Assembly: GCA_018623875.1 (NCBI GenBank)
Contig: JAAZUZ010000001.1
Span: 1 to 46,164 of the forward strand
Length of the DNA stretch: 46,164 bases
Source: Synechococcus sp. HW_metabat.21
GTDB lineage: Bacteria > Cyanobacteriota > Cyanobacteriia > PCC-6307 > Cyanobiaceae
Direction: 5' to 3'
Shown here one piece after another: positions 30,334 through 41,119 of the stretch. Made by a program: the position numbers and the translations under genes. Under the pieces are notes generated by a model that saw only the letters and a list, made by a program, of their open reading frames with translations, made no database searches and was not told the origin of the DNA. The first letter of the stretch is position 1, and every line of letters begins with the position of its first letter.

Positions 30334-31629
30334 TCAGATGACCGTGTTGTCGGGGATGGTGGCGTTCTTGACAACAACGACGATGCCGTTGCGGATGTAG
30401 AAGCCGAGCTCAGGGCGGTCAGCCTCCTCGACGTTGTCCTTGTTGACGATGGTGACGTTGTCGCCAATGCGCGCATTCTTGTCGAGGATGGCGCGCTTCA
30501 CGGTCGTTCCACGGCCAACCCCCACAGGGGTTCCGCCCCTTTGACGTAGAGCGTTGCGATCGGAGGGGGACTCAAAGAAGTCGTTACCCATCACCAGGGT
30601 GTCCTGCAGGACGGCATCTGCTTCGACACGGCTTCGGACACCGAGGACGCAGTGGTGAATGCTGCAGGCCTTGAGGATCGAGCCCTCACCGATGATCGAT
30701 TGGGTGACCTGGGAATCCAGCAGCTTGCTGGGGGGCAGGTAGCGCGGACGGGTGTAGATCGGGAACGACTCCTCGTAGAAGGAGAAGGCCGGATTCGGCT
30801 GATCGGTCAGCGCCAGGTTCGCCTCGTAGAAGGCACCGATGGTTCCGATGTCTTCCCAATAGTCATCGAAGAGATAGCTCTGAATGTGGTCACCACGCTC
30901 GAGAGCTGCCGGGATCAGCTCCTTGCCGAAGTCGGTGGCGCCGGGGTTCTTGGCCAGTAGGTCGAACAGGGTCTCGCGGCTGAAGACATAGATCCCCATC
31001 GAGGCGAGGTAGGGACGCTTTTCCGCCTCTTCTGCAGAAAGCCCCAGACGGGAGGTGTCGACCCACATCTCTTTGAGGGCCTCACCCTTGGGCTTCTCGC
31101 GGAACTCGCGAATCTTGCCCTTCTCATCGGTGTGCATCAGGCCGAAGGCTTCGGCCTGGGGGGCATCCACCGGCAGAGCACCAATGCTGACGTCAGCGCC
31201 AGTGGCGATGTGGTGATTGACGAACTCGCTGTAGTCCATCCGGTAGAGCTGGTCACCGGAGAGGATCAGGTAATGGTCAACGTCCCACTCTTGGAAGAGC
31301 CATTGGTACTTGCGCACAGCATCAGCCGTGCCCTCGAACCAACTGGGGCTATCCGGTGTCTGCTGGGCAGCCAGGACCTCAACGAACCCTTGGCCAAATC
31401 CTGAGGAGAGGTTGTAGCTCTGGCTCAGGTGGCGATTCAGCGACGCACTGTTGAACTGGGTCAACACGTACATCTTGTTGATGTCCGAGTTGATGCAGTT
31501 GCTGATCGGGATATCAATCAGTCGGTATTTGCCAGCTAAGGGCACGGCGGGCTTGGCCCGCATCTTGGTCAGAGGGTAGAGGCGAGTGCCTGCTCCACCG
31601 CCAAGAATGATCGCCAGAACGCGCTTCAT
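30334..31629 (-). CDS. glgC: Glucose-1-phosphate adenylyltransferase
   Basis: [51 protein letters not shown]. Confidence 0.98.
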   Translation of the reverse strand: MKRVLAIILGGGAGTRLYPLTKMRAKPAVPLAGKYRLIDIPISNCINSDINKMYVLTQFNSASLNRHLSQSYNLSSGFGQGFVEVLAAQQTPDSPSWFEGTADAVRKYQWLFQEWDVDHYLILSGDQLYRMDYSEFVNHHIATGADVSIGALPVDAPQAEAFGLMHTDEKGKIREFREKPKGEALKEMWVDTSRLGLSAEEAEKRPYLASMGIYVFSRETLFDLLAKNPGATDFGKELIPAALERGDHIQSYLFDDYWEDIGTIGAFYEANLALTDQPNPAFSFYEESFPIYTRPRYLPPSKLLDSQVTQSIIGEGSILKACSIHHCVLGVRSRVEADAVLQDTLVMGNDFFESPSDRNALRQRGGTPVGVGRGTTVKRAILDKNARIGDNVTIVNKDNVEEADRPELGFYIRNGIVVVVKNATIPDNTVI

Positions 31630-31766
31630 CGCTTCCCTCTTCGCCTTTAGAGCACGGAGACGTTAAGCGATTCTTGAGGCTGCTCCAAGGCTTTTCGAGC
31701 ACATTGGCGAGAATTCGTACGGGATTCCCGAGCCAAGCCCGTCGGCCTTGACAACCCAGCTTGAGA

Positions 31767-33071
31767 TCAAGCCTGGAGGTCGTCGAGATCGAAGAGGTCT
31801 TGAACGACTTTCATCGCTTGATGGCGCTGCTGACGGGTCTGGGGAGCCCGCAGCTTCGTGACTGGTCCGTGCAGGATTTTGTTGATGATCCCCTTGCTTA
31901 GGGCTTCAACAACCTTGCGTTCACGCGCGGAAAGGTCGGGCCCCATCCGACTCAGGGCCTTCTGCAATTCCTGCTCACGAATCGCCTCGAGTTGAGTTCT
32001 CAGGCGGTTGGCCACCGGGACAGCCTCGAGCCCATCCCACCACTCGATGAATTGTTGGCCCTCCTGTTGGAGCATCCCCTCGGCCTCCGCGGCGATCTCG
32101 CGGCGGGCTTCCTGGTTGCGAGCAACGACTTCCTGGAGATCATCAACGTCGTAGGAAGCGATGCCGCTGAGCTCGGAGACATCCGCGGAAATGTTCCGCG
32201 GAACACCGATGTCGACCAACATCAACGAGGAGCGTCGATTCAGTTGACCCAAGCGCTCTGCCGTGATGATCGGATCATCAGCAGCCGTGCTGGTGAAGAC
32301 CAAGGAACAGGTGCTCAGGCAGTGGTTGAGATCGCTAAGGGGACGGCACTGGACGGGGAGGCTCGGGAAATCGGCGGCCATCTCCTCGGCCCGGGACACG
32401 GTCCGGTTCAGCAGAACAACACCGCTGGCGCCTTTGGCCTGAAGGTGTTGAAGCAGCAGTCGGGACATCCGACCGGCTCCGACAACCGCGATCTGTTCTT
32501 GATCGAGGGGAACAAGGTCATCAATGCCGCGGGCCTGACCCACCTTCAGTTGAGCCAGCTCAACGGCCGCCGAACTAATGGAGACCGCACCGGTACCCAG
32601 GTTGGTCTCGGATCGAACGCGCTTGCCGGTGCTGACGGCCTGGTTCAGCAGACGGTTCAGGATCGGGCCGATCGAGCGATGCTCTTGGCCCAGGCGATAC
32701 ATCTTTTTGACCTGGGAGAGGATCTGGCCCTCCCCCAAGACAAGGGAATCCAAACCTGCTGCCACACGCATCAGGTGACCGATCGCTTCTTCGTGGTGAT
32801 AAGCGAACAGGTGGGGCATGAGCTCAGAGAGCTCCAAGCCCGAATGCTGGGAGAGGAAACTGCCAACCGCTGAAACCCCCTGCTCAGGGTTGCGCAGCAG
32901 GGTGTAGATCTCAAGCCGGTTGCAGGTGCTGAGGATCGAAGCCTCCAGCACCTGTTCATCCGCCCGCAGGCGCTGGAGGGAATCCTCCATGCTCTGCTCA
33001 GCAATGCTGAGACGTTCCCGGATCTCAACCGGGGCCGTTCGGTGACTGAGTCCGACGACGGCAATGTGCAT
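31767..33071 (-). CDS. hemA: Glutamyl-tRNA reductase
   Basis: GLSHRTAPVEIRE, STCNRLE, GLDSLVLGEGQILSQVK, GAGRM, DIGVPRN; ATG at 33071. Confidence 0.97.
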   Translation of the reverse strand: MHIAVVGLSHRTAPVEIRERLSIAEQSMEDSLQRLRADEQVLEASILSTCNRLEIYTLLRNPEQGVSAVGSFLSQHSGLELSELMPHLFAYHHEEAIGHLMRVAAGLDSLVLGEGQILSQVKKMYRLGQEHRSIGPILNRLLNQAVSTGKRVRSETNLGTGAVSISSAAVELAQLKVGQARGIDDLVPLDQEQIAVVGAGRMSRLLLQHLQAKGASGVVLLNRTVSRAEEMAADFPSLPVQCRPLSDLNHCLSTCSLVFTSTAADDPIITAERLGQLNRRSSLMLVDIGVPRNISADVSELSGIASYDVDDLQEVVARNQEARREIAAEAEGMLQQEGQQFIEWWDGLEAVPVANRLRTQLEAIREQELQKALSRMGPDLSARERKVVEALSKGIINKILHGPVTKLRAPQTRQQRHQAMKVVQDLFDLDDLQA

Positions 33072-33105
33072 GAAGGATGACCCTGGGGTGCGCGGCGAGA
33101 ACGGC

Positions 33106-33141
33106 AAAAAAGAGAGCCGGGTCTCCAAGCGAAGACCCGGC
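33106..33141 (-). terminator. Intrinsic terminator between glpX and hemA
   Basis: GCCGGGTCT...AGACCCGGC stem followed on the minus strand by TCTCTTTTTT. Confidence 0.7.
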
Positions 33142-33158
33142 CTGGTCTGATCGGGCGA

Positions 33159-34163
33159 TCAGCGCAGAGCGATGCTCTGAGCGCCGTCCTTGATGTGCAC
33201 CGTGGTGGTGAAACGGGCCGTGTTGTCGAGGGTGCTGATCACCAGGGAGCTGGTGCGGGTGCAATCCTTCTCGAACTTGACGCCGTCGAAGAGCAGGCCG
33301 TCGGTGATACCGGTGGCTGCGAACACAACGTTCTCACCGCAGGCGAGCTCGCTGGCTTCGTAAACGCGGTCGGGATCGGTGATGCCCATTTCTGCCAGGC
33401 GGGCCAGGTTGCCTTCCTTGGTCAGGCCTTCCCACTCCGAGGTCTGAGCAACCGCGGGGTCATAGACCAGCTGTCCCTGGAAGTGACCACCCAGAGCGCG
33501 CAGAGCGGCGGCGGAAATCACGCCTTCGGGAGCAGCACCGATGCCCATCAGGCAGTGGGTGCCAGTGCCGGCGAAACCGCAAGCAATGGCGGCTTGAACG
33601 TCACCGTCGGAGATGGGCTGAACGCGGGCGCCGGTAGCGCGGATTTCCTTGATCAGGTCCTTGTGGCGGGCGCGGTCCATGACCACGATCACCAGCTCTT
33701 CAGCGGGGAGGCCGAGGCACTCGCTGAGGATCTTGATGTTCTCGGTTGCGGACTTGTTGATGTCCACCTTGCCCTTGGCGGCCGGGGGGGCAGCCAGCTT
33801 CTTCATGTAGAAGTCGGGGGCGTTGAACAGGCCGCCGCGGTCGGAAGCAGCCAGAACCGCCATGGAGCCACGCTGGCTGTTGGCGCACAGGTTGGTGCCC
33901 TCGCAGGGATCCACTGCAAAGTCGACGCCGGGGCCAGTGCCGCTGCCCACTTCTTCGCCGATGTAGAGCATGGGAGCTTCGTCGCGCTCGCCCTCGCCGA
34001 TCACGATGCGGCCCTGCATCTGGATCTTGTACATGCGCTCACGCATCGCCTCCACGGCGGCTGCGTCTGCCTCGTTCTTGAGGCCCATGCCGGTGAGCTT
34101 GGCGGAAGCAATGCCTGCCTGCTCAACAACCTCGAGAATTTCTTGAATCAGGGTGCGATCCAC
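33159..34163 (-). CDS. glpX: Class II fructose-1,6-/sedoheptulose-1,7-bisphosphatase
   Basis: [44 protein letters not shown]. Confidence 0.97.
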   Translation of the reverse strand: MDRTLIQEILEVVEQAGIASAKLTGMGLKNEADAAAVEAMRERMYKIQMQGRIVIGEGERDEAPMLYIGEEVGSGTGPGVDFAVDPCEGTNLCANSQRGSMAVLAASDRGGLFNAPDFYMKKLAAPPAAKGKVDINKSATENIKILSECLGLPAEELVIVVMDRARHKDLIKEIRATGARVQPISDGDVQAAIACGFAGTGTHCLMGIGAAPEGVISAAALRALGGHFQGQLVYDPAVAQTSEWEGLTKEGNLARLAEMGITDPDRVYEASELACGENVVFAATGITDGLLFDGVKFEKDCTRTSSLVISTLDNTARFTTTVHIKDGAQSIALR

Positions 34164-34400
34164 GGCGGTCCGGCGATGGGTAGGGATGAAGCGCTGAGAG
34201 GGCGGAGAAGCGCTGGGTCACTGCATTCACGGCCGCGGGGGCAATCAAGCAATGGAAGTCCAGCAGCAGCAGGGCCTCTCGGGCTTTAAGCGCCGCCCAC
34301 TGTATCAGTGCTTCTCGGTGAACCCGCCGCAGCAGCTGGGCTGGAGTGGGCGGACTGGGCGATTCCTACAATCGCCCTCTGTTCAGCCGCGGTTGCGCCC

Positions 34401-35069
34401 ATGAGCACCAAATCACTGGTGATCTCCCCCTCGATCCTGTCCGCGGATTTTTCCCGGCTCGGTGAAGACGTTCGTGCGGTGGATCAGGCCGGTGCGGATT
34501 GGATCCACGTGGATGTGATGGACGGACGCTTCGTTCCGAACATCACCATTGGCCCAATGATCGTCGAGGCTCTGCGCCCGGTGACCCAGAAGCCTCTGGA
34601 CGTTCACCTGATGATCGTTGAGCCCGAGAAGTACGTCCCCGACTTCGCCAAGGCTGGTGCTGACATCATTTCGGTTCAGGTCGAAGCCTGCCCTCACCTG
34701 CACCGCAACCTCGCTCAAATCAAAGATCTGGGCAAGATGGCCGGCGCGGTGCTGAACCCAAGCACCCCGATCGACACCCTTGAGTACTGCCTCGAGCTCT
34801 GCGATCTGGTGTTGGTGATGAGCGTGAACCCCGGCTTCGGGGGGCAGAGCTTCATTGAGAGCCAGGTCCAAAAGATCCGCGACCTGCGCCGCATGTGCGA
34901 CGAGAAGGGTTTGGATCCCTGGATCGAGGTCGACGGCGGCATCAAAGCCGAGAACGCCTGGAAGGTGATCGAGGCAGGTGCAAACGCCATCGTGAGCGGC
35001 TCCGGCGTCTTCAACCAGCCCAGCTACGCCGATGCGATCACCGGCATCCGCAACAGCAAGCGCCCCTGA
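34401..35069 (+). CDS. rpe: Ribulose-phosphate 3-epimerase
   Basis: [45 protein letters not shown]; ATG at 34401; TACAAT at 34367. Confidence 0.97.
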   Translation: MSTKSLVISPSILSADFSRLGEDVRAVDQAGADWIHVDVMDGRFVPNITIGPMIVEALRPVTQKPLDVHLMIVEPEKYVPDFAKAGADIISVQVEACPHLHRNLAQIKDLGKMAGAVLNPSTPIDTLEYCLELCDLVLVMSVNPGFGGQSFIESQVQKIRDLRRMCDEKGLDPWIEVDGGIKAENAWKVIEAGANAIVSGSGVFNQPSYADAITGIRNSKRP

Positions 35070-35104
35070 GTGAGGCCAAGGCTTCTGACTGAGGCCAAGG
35101 TTTC
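35067..35104 (+). repeat. 19-bp imperfect tandem duplication starting at the rpe stop codon
   Basis: TGAGTGAGGCCAAGGCTTC / TGACTGAGGCCAAGGTTTC (17/19 identical). Confidence 0.8.
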
Positions 35105-35109
35105 AAAGC

Positions 35110-35138
35110 AAAAGCCCCGGCATGCCGGGGCTTTTTTT
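35110..35138. terminator. Bidirectional intrinsic terminator between rpe and ccsB
   Basis: AAAAGCCCCGGC-AT-GCCGGGGCTTTTTTT. Confidence 0.88.
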
Positions 35139-35161
35139 GTGACCAGTGCTCGTGGGAGGTC

Positions 35162-36076
35162 TTAGCTGAAGAACCAGCCGTAGCTGTGCAGGCCAATCCC
35201 CAGGAGGTTCACGCCGATGTAACAAACGCAGATCACGACAAAGCCGGCCACAGCGACCAAGGCGGGGCGACGCCCCTGCCAACCACGGCTCAAACGGGTG
35301 TGGAGGTAGGCGGCATAGACCAACCAACAGATCAAAGCCCAGGTTTCCTTCGGGTCCCAGCTCCACCAGCTGCCCCATGCCTCGTTAGCCCAGACCGCGC
35401 CGCTGACGATGCCAACGGAGAGCAGCAGGAAGCCGACGGTGATCGTGCGGTAACTCAGGCTGTCGAGCTGCTCGCTCAACGACAACGCGGCGCTACTGAG
35501 GGAGAGATCAGCGGGAGCACCATCCGCCGCCAGTCGTGCCTGACGGAAACCGCCGCTACCGATGGAGCTGCTGCGCAGTTCAAGAGCCTGGTCGCGGTCG
35601 GTGAAGAGCACCGCCATCGACAGCAGGGATCCCACCAAGAGGGCGGCGTAGCTGACCATGATCACGCTGACGTGCATCACCAACCAGCTGGACCGCAAGG
35701 CCGGGACCAGGGGAGCGGCCTGTTGGAGTTGGTCGGGTAGAGCAAAGGACGCGAAGGCCACACAGCCCAGCCCCATCGGGGTGGCGGAGGCGGCCACCAG
35801 CGGTGAGCGGTAGGTGCGCTCCACCAGCAGTTGGGTCAGGGTGCAGGCCCAGGCCAGGAAGCAGAGGGACTCGTAGAGGTTGCTGATCGGGAAGTGGCCC
35901 GATTGCCACCAGCGCAGGACCAATTGAGCGGTCAGCGCCAGGTTGGCCGTTGCCACCAGCAGACGCACCACGGTGCTGCCTTGACCGGCACCACTCACGC
36001 TCCAAAAGGACAGGGGGAGGGCCAGAAGCAGCAGGGCGAACGCTGCGAGGCCAAGCGCGAGAACCGGATCGGTCAC
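35162..36076 (-). CDS. ccsB: Cytochrome c biogenesis protein CcsA/CcsB (system II)
   Basis: [29 protein letters not shown] domain [26 protein letters not shown]. Confidence 0.95.
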   Translation of the reverse strand: MTDPVLALGLAAFALLLLALPLSFWSVSGAGQGSTVVRLLVATANLALTAQLVLRWWQSGHFPISNLYESLCFLAWACTLTQLLVERTYRSPLVAASATPMGLGCVAFASFALPDQLQQAAPLVPALRSSWLVMHVSVIMVSYAALLVGSLLSMAVLFTDRDQALELRSSSIGSGGFRQARLAADGAPADLSLSSAALSLSEQLDSLSYRTITVGFLLLSVGIVSGAVWANEAWGSWWSWDPKETWALICWLVYAAYLHTRLSRGWQGRRPALVAVAGFVVICVCYIGVNLLGIGLHSYGWFFS

Positions 36077-36130
36077 GAAACCGCTGTCGAGATCAAAGAT
36101 GTCGACCAGTCTGCCGCGCCAGGGCCAGAT

Positions 36131-37333
36131 TCAGCGGCTGGCCTTGCGAAGCAGCACAAGTCCGCCGCCCAGTCCAATCAGAACGGGCAGCCAGGCGGCG
36201 AAAAAGGGATAGAGGGTGCCCTTGATGCCCAAGGAGCTGAAGATGAAGGACATCAAGTAGTAACCAAAGATCAGCAGCACGCTGATCCCGAAGCCCTGGC
36301 TTCGGCTGGTTCTGGAATTGGGCCTCACCCCCAAGCTGCTGCCGATCAAGCCAAAAACAAGGCAGATGGCCGGGAAGGCAAATTTCTCCTGGATTCGCAC
36401 CCGAAGCCGGCGGGCTTCCTTTTGATCGCCCGCTTGCACCAGTAGCGCTTCAGCTCGCCGCGCCTGGGACACCGTCATCTGGGCGGCATCGCTGGGGAGC
36501 ATGCCGACATCCTGCGGAGCCCGGGTGAAGGGGTAGTAGTAACTCGTGTAGTTGGCTGATGTCGTGAAGTTGTTGGCCGCGTCGATGTTGAGGATGCGGC
36601 CATTGCGGAACTCCCACATCGCCCGGTTTTCATCCCAGACCGCCGTCCTCGCCGTCAGGACCTGCTGCTGATCTTCGCGGGAGAAATCAAGCAAGGTGAC
36701 CCCTTGCATTTCACCGTTCTTGTACTCCTTCGCATAGAAGAGCTGGGTCAGACCCTCACCGGCATTGCCCCCAGGCTCCTTAGGGGTAATCCGGCCGAAA
36801 CGGGAATACACGACGTTCTTGCCGGTTTGGGCAGAGAGCGCACGGCCCAGGGCACTGTCGAGAACATTCGAGGCCGAATAGTTGGCGCTTGGGACGATGA
36901 CGTCGTTAAAGACAAAGGTCAGCACCGTCATCAAGGAAGCCAGCACCAAGGCGGGGACCACCATCCGCCAGGTCTTCACGCCGATGCTGCGCAGCGCGGT
37001 CAGTTCGCTACTGCCCGAAAGACGGCTGAAGGCCAACAAGGTGGCCATCAGCGTCGCCATGGGGAACGACAGCACCAGGAATCCCGGCATGCGCAGAGCC
37101 AAGACCTTGCCGGCAGCCCAGAGCGGCAATCCAGCCTCGGCCACCTTGCGGACCAACTCAAAGACGACACCCACTGAGAGGGAAACGGCCGTAAAGGCAG
37201 CGATGCCGAAGAGCAGCGGCCCCAACATCTCGGCAAACAGCCAGCGATCCAGGAGGGGAAGGCTGCGCCAGTGGCGTTGGAGTTTTTGGGACTGGCGGCG
37301 CAAGGGCTCAGTCCAGGTCGGGGCGATCGTCAC
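36131..37333 (-). CDS. LptF/LptG-family permease (Ycf84)
   Basis: LDRW..EM..P, RLSGSSELTALRSIG, KFAFP, AAWLP; in operon with lptB. Confidence 0.9.
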   Translation of the reverse strand: MTIAPTWTEPLRRQSQKLQRHWRSLPLLDRWLFAEMLGPLLFGIAAFTAVSLSVGVVFELVRKVAEAGLPLWAAGKVLALRMPGFLVLSFPMATLMATLLAFSRLSGSSELTALRSIGVKTWRMVVPALVLASLMTVLTFVFNDVIVPSANYSASNVLDSALGRALSAQTGKNVVYSRFGRITPKEPGGNAGEGLTQLFYAKEYKNGEMQGVTLLDFSREDQQQVLTARTAVWDENRAMWEFRNGRILNIDAANNFTTSANYTSYYYPFTRAPQDVGMLPSDAAQMTVSQARRAEALLVQAGDQKEARRLRVRIQEKFAFPAICLVFGLIGSSLGVRPNSRTSRSQGFGISVLLIFGYYLMSFIFSSLGIKGTLYPFFAAWLPVLIGLGGGLVLLRKASR

Positions 37334-38058
37334 AGCCTGAAGTCCTCCCCGAGGTAATGGCGACGGACCAGGGGGTCATTGGCCATCTCGCGGGACGGAC
37401 CGCTGGCCAAGATGCTCCCTTCCGTAAGGATGTAAGCCCGATCGGTGATGGAGAGCGTCTCGCGGACGTTGTGGTCAGTGATCAGGACACCCATACCCCG
37501 ATCGCGCAATCCGGCAATCAAGGCCTGCAGGTCCGCCACCGCCAAAGGATCGACCCCAGCAAAGGGCTCATCCAACAGGAGATAACGCGGTCCGCTTTCG
37601 CCCACGGCCAGGGCCCGTGCGACTTCACAGCGGCGCCGTTCACCGCCAGAGAGCTGGTAACCAAGGCGGTGCTGAAAGGGCTTGAGGTGGAAGTCCTCGA
37701 CCAATTGCTCCACCCGCTCGCGGCGCTGCTGCTTGGGGGCTCCACTCTCCTGAAGGGCGAGCATCAAGTTGTCCTGAACGCTCAGGCTTCGAAACACGCT
37801 GGCTTCCTGGGGCAAGTAACCGATCCCCAAGCGAGCGCGTTCCGGCATCGAGAAGTCGGCAACGCAGGTGTCATCCATGGTCACCGCACCGGAATCCGGG
37901 CGAAGCAGACCGGTGACGAGGTTGAAGGTCGTTGTTTTACCCGCCCCGTTGGGTCCGAGCAGGCCAACCACCTCACCGGGGTTGAGGTTGAGGCTGACCT
38001 CTTTGACGAGGGGGCGACCGCCAATGGTTAAGGCGACGCGATCAAGAACCAAACTCAT
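37330..38058 (-). CDS. lptB: LPS export ABC transporter ATP-binding protein
   Basis: GPNGAGKTT, GYLPQEASVFR, LSGGERRR, LLDEPFAGVDP, ITDHNVRETL. Confidence 0.95.
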   Translation of the reverse strand: MSLVLDRVALTIGGRPLVKEVSLNLNPGEVVGLLGPNGAGKTTTFNLVTGLLRPDSGAVTMDDTCVADFSMPERARLGIGYLPQEASVFRSLSVQDNLMLALQESGAPKQQRRERVEQLVEDFHLKPFQHRLGYQLSGGERRRCEVARALAVGESGPRYLLLDEPFAGVDPLAVADLQALIAGLRDRGMGVLITDHNVRETLSITDRAYILTEGSILASGPSREMANDPLVRRHYLGEDFRL

Positions 38059-38585
38059 CGCTTCGCAGGCTCTGAGCTGGGAACGGTCTGCAGGACAACG
38101 CGGCTGAAGACCTGCTGACCTTTTGCGGGGATGGCCTGCATCCGCTCGCTATCGACCAAATAGGTGACTCGCTCAGCGCGCAGCCAATTCCCGCCGTCCT
38201 GAAGGATGTCCACGTCTCCGCTGAGGACAACGCGACCCTCATTGCTGAAGTACTGGGCCTGGCGAGCGGTGGCGACCACGCGTTCATCGGGATAAACGAT
38301 CCGGACGTTCCCGCTGGCCGTGATGACCCCCGTCTGCTGATCGGCCTGCTGCTGATCCGATTCGATCGTGACCAAGCCGGTGTTGATGCGCAGGGGCTTG
38401 GTGGGGAGGGGCTCGCCGCCGTCCACCTCAACGACCGTGGTCTCCGCGGCGTCAATGCTGATCACTTCAGCGCCAGGAACCGTGGACTGCGACCAGGCTG
38501 GAAGTGCCAGACAGCCCAGACCGGCGGCCAGGCTCAAAAGGCTGCGCCGGCGGCGGGCACTGCTGCGATCTGCGGCTAAGCCCAC
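38055..38585 (-). CDS. lptA: LptA/OstA-family protein
   Basis: Signal peptide; TIESD.Q.AD, ITASGNV, A.A..AQY, LSGDV jellyroll; next to lptB. Confidence 0.82.
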   Translation of the reverse strand: MGLAADRSSARRRRSLLSLAAGLGCLALPAWSQSTVPGAEVISIDAAETTVVEVDGGEPLPTKPLRINTGLVTIESDQQQADQQTGVITASGNVRIVYPDERVVATARQAQYFSNEGRVVLSGDVDILQDGGNWLRAERVTYLVDSERMQAIPAKGQQVFSRVVLQTVPSSEPAKR

Positions 38586-38634
38586 TCATGCGACACAAGG
38601 ACCGCCATCGTATCGCCGTACACCTCGACTTTCC

Positions 38635-39030
38635 TTAGGAATCAGCAGAGACGACGCTGAGCTTTGGAAGCGGAAGATCTGCGAGCGAGCGGTTCTCGTG
38701 CAGGGCTAACAAACGCTCACGGGCAGCCTGCCGCAGGGGGTCAAGCGCGAGATCGAATTGCACCGCACCAGCACCCTGCAGGCGGCCGAGGCCCTCACCA
38801 AGGAGAACCATCGCGCCCCTCTGATTGCCCCGATCCAAGTGGTGATGCGCCACTGCGATTTGAAGAATGCCCTGCAGTGTCCTCCGGCAAGGGCCCTGGG
38901 TTTCGTGCCAGAGCGCTTCGAAACCGTCGTGGCAGGCGTACCACTCACCGGCATTAAAAAGCCTGACGGCTTCCCCGAGTCGGGGATCGCACGTCAGGCT
39001 GACTTCCTCTGGGTCGAGGTGATCGCTCAA
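38635..39030 (-). CDS. DUF309 domain protein
   Basis: LFNAGEWYACHDGFEALW, QGILQIAVAHHH..GN..GA. Confidence 0.88.
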   Translation of the reverse strand: MSDHLDPEEVSLTCDPRLGEAVRLFNAGEWYACHDGFEALWHETQGPCRRTLQGILQIAVAHHHLDRGNQRGAMVLLGEGLGRLQGAGAVQFDLALDPLRQAARERLLALHENRSLADLPLPKLSVVSADS

Positions 39031-40835
39031 CGCCGCGCCGGCTTCTTGGCAGGCAGTTTCCGGAGTCGGATCGACTCGGGAGTGACCTCGAGCATCTCGT
39101 CGGGACCGATGTACTCCAGGGCGCGCTCCAGGGTCATCTGCATCGGGGCTTGGAGGGTATCGAGTTCCTCTGCACCGGCCGAGCGCATGTTGGTGAGCTG
39201 TTTCGTCTTGCAGACGTTCAGGTCGAGGTCCTGGGGACGGTTGTTCTCGCCCACGATCATGCCCTTGTAGACCTTCGTTCCGGGGCTAATGAAGAACTGA
39301 CCGCGATCTTCGGCGTTCTTCAAGGCATAGAAGGTGGCGGTGCCCTCCTCGAAGGCGATCAGGACGCCGTTGCGACGGGTGTCGAACTCTCCCTGCATCG
39401 GGCGGTAGTCGAGGAAGGAGTGGCTCATGATCCCCTCGCCCCGGGTGGCGCGGATGAAGTCTCCGCGGAAACCGATCAGGCCTCGGGAGGGCACCACGAA
39501 CTCCAGTTGGGTACGGCCGTCGTTGGTGTTTTCCATGTTCTGCATCTCGGCCTTGCGGACGCCGAGCTTCTCGATGCAGGCACCAACGGACTCCTCGGGA
39601 ACATCGAGCACCAGGGTCTCGTAGGGCTCCGAGGGAGTGCCATCGATGGTCCGGAAGATCACCTGGGGCTGCGAGACCTGGAACTCGTAGCCCTCGCGGC
39701 GCATGGTCTCGATCAAGATGCCCAGGTGAAGTTCACCACGGCCACTCACGGCCCAGCGGTCAGGGGAATCGGTGTCTTCAACCCGCAGCGCCACGTTGGT
39801 GAGCAGCTCCTTGTTCAGGCGATCACGGACCTGACGGCTGGTGACGAACTTGCCTTCCTTGCCAGCGAAGGGTGAGTCGTTGACCACAAAGGTCATCTGC
39901 AAGGTGGGCTCATCCACCTTGATCAGGGGCAGGGCCTGGGGCTCATCGGGGCAAGCAATCGTTTCGCCGATGTTCACCTCGTCGAAACCGCACACAGCGA
40001 CCAGATCACCGGCGCGGGCTTCTGCCACCTCGACGCGCTGGAGGCCCTGGAAGCCGAGCAGCTTGCTGATGCGACCGCGCTTCACGCTGCCGTCGTCACG
40101 CAGGAGGGCGACGGGCTGGTTGCCTTTGATCGTGCCGTTATGGATCCGGCCGATCATGATCCGGCCGAGGAAATCGCTGTAGTCGAGGGTGGTGACCTGC
40201 AGCTGCAGGGGCTTCTCGGGGTCACCGACCGGGGGCGGAACGTGGCGAATGATCGCGTCGAAGAGGGGACGCATGTCCTCGCTCTCGGTCTTCATGTCGG
40301 GCTTGGCGTAACCGCCCATGCCGCTACCGAACATGTAAGGGAAGTCGCACTGATCGTCGTCAGCACCCAGTTCCAGGAACAGGTCCAGGACCTTGTCGAC
40401 GGCCTGCTCGGGATCAACGCGAGCGCGGTCAATCTTGTTGACGAAGACGATCGGCCTGAGGCCCTTCTCCAGGGCCTTTTTCAACACAAAACGGGTCTGG
40501 GGCATCGGCCCCTCATTGGCGTCCACGATCAGCAGACAGCCATCGACCATGCCGAGGACCCGTTCCACCTCACCGCCGAAGTCGGCGTGACCGGGGGTAT
40601 CCACGATGTTGATGCGGATCCCCTCGTAGTCCACCGCGGTGTTCTTGGAGAGGATCGTGATGCCACGCTCACGCTCCAGGTCGTTGGAGTCCATCACGCA
40701 GGTGGGGACGGCCTCGTTGTCGCGGAAGATGCCCGATTGCGCCAGCAGGGCATCCACCAGGGTGGTTTTGCCGTGGTCGACGTGGGCAATGATCGCGATA
40801 TTGCGAATCGGTGTTCCGGGATGCTCGCCGCTCAT
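39027..40835 (-). CDS. typA: Translational GTPase TypA/BipA
   Basis: [57 protein letters not shown]; ATG at 40835. Confidence 0.97.
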   Translation of the reverse strand: MSGEHPGTPIRNIAIIAHVDHGKTTLVDALLAQSGIFRDNEAVPTCVMDSNDLERERGITILSKNTAVDYEGIRINIVDTPGHADFGGEVERVLGMVDGCLLIVDANEGPMPQTRFVLKKALEKGLRPIVFVNKIDRARVDPEQAVDKVLDLFLELGADDDQCDFPYMFGSGMGGYAKPDMKTESEDMRPLFDAIIRHVPPPVGDPEKPLQLQVTTLDYSDFLGRIMIGRIHNGTIKGNQPVALLRDDGSVKRGRISKLLGFQGLQRVEVAEARAGDLVAVCGFDEVNIGETIACPDEPQALPLIKVDEPTLQMTFVVNDSPFAGKEGKFVTSRQVRDRLNKELLTNVALRVEDTDSPDRWAVSGRGELHLGILIETMRREGYEFQVSQPQVIFRTIDGTPSEPYETLVLDVPEESVGACIEKLGVRKAEMQNMENTNDGRTQLEFVVPSRGLIGFRGDFIRATRGEGIMSHSFLDYRPMQGEFDTRRNGVLIAFEEGTATFYALKNAEDRGQFFISPGTKVYKGMIVGENNRPQDLDLNVCKTKQLTNMRSAGAEELDTLQAPMQMTLERALEYIGPDEMLEVTPESIRLRKLPAKKPARR

Positions 40836-41119
40836 GGATTGGGCTCGAGGGAGGAGGTCAGGGATGGTCTGGCTGGAGCACGCCGCAGCTCGAGCTAGCG
40901 GCCGCAACGCTCACTCAGGAGCAGGCGTTGGCGTGGGAACGGTGGCTGAAACCCATGGGCAAGGTCGCAGGGATGAACCTGATCGAACAGAGCCGGTATC
41001 TCTTGCAGCGTGGCTGATGTGTTGAGAGCGTTCGTGACGAACGACCACACACCAAAACCAAAGAACCCTTCGGTGCGTTAACGCAATCTATCCCAGCAAC
41101 TCACCCGGGATTTTCAGCG

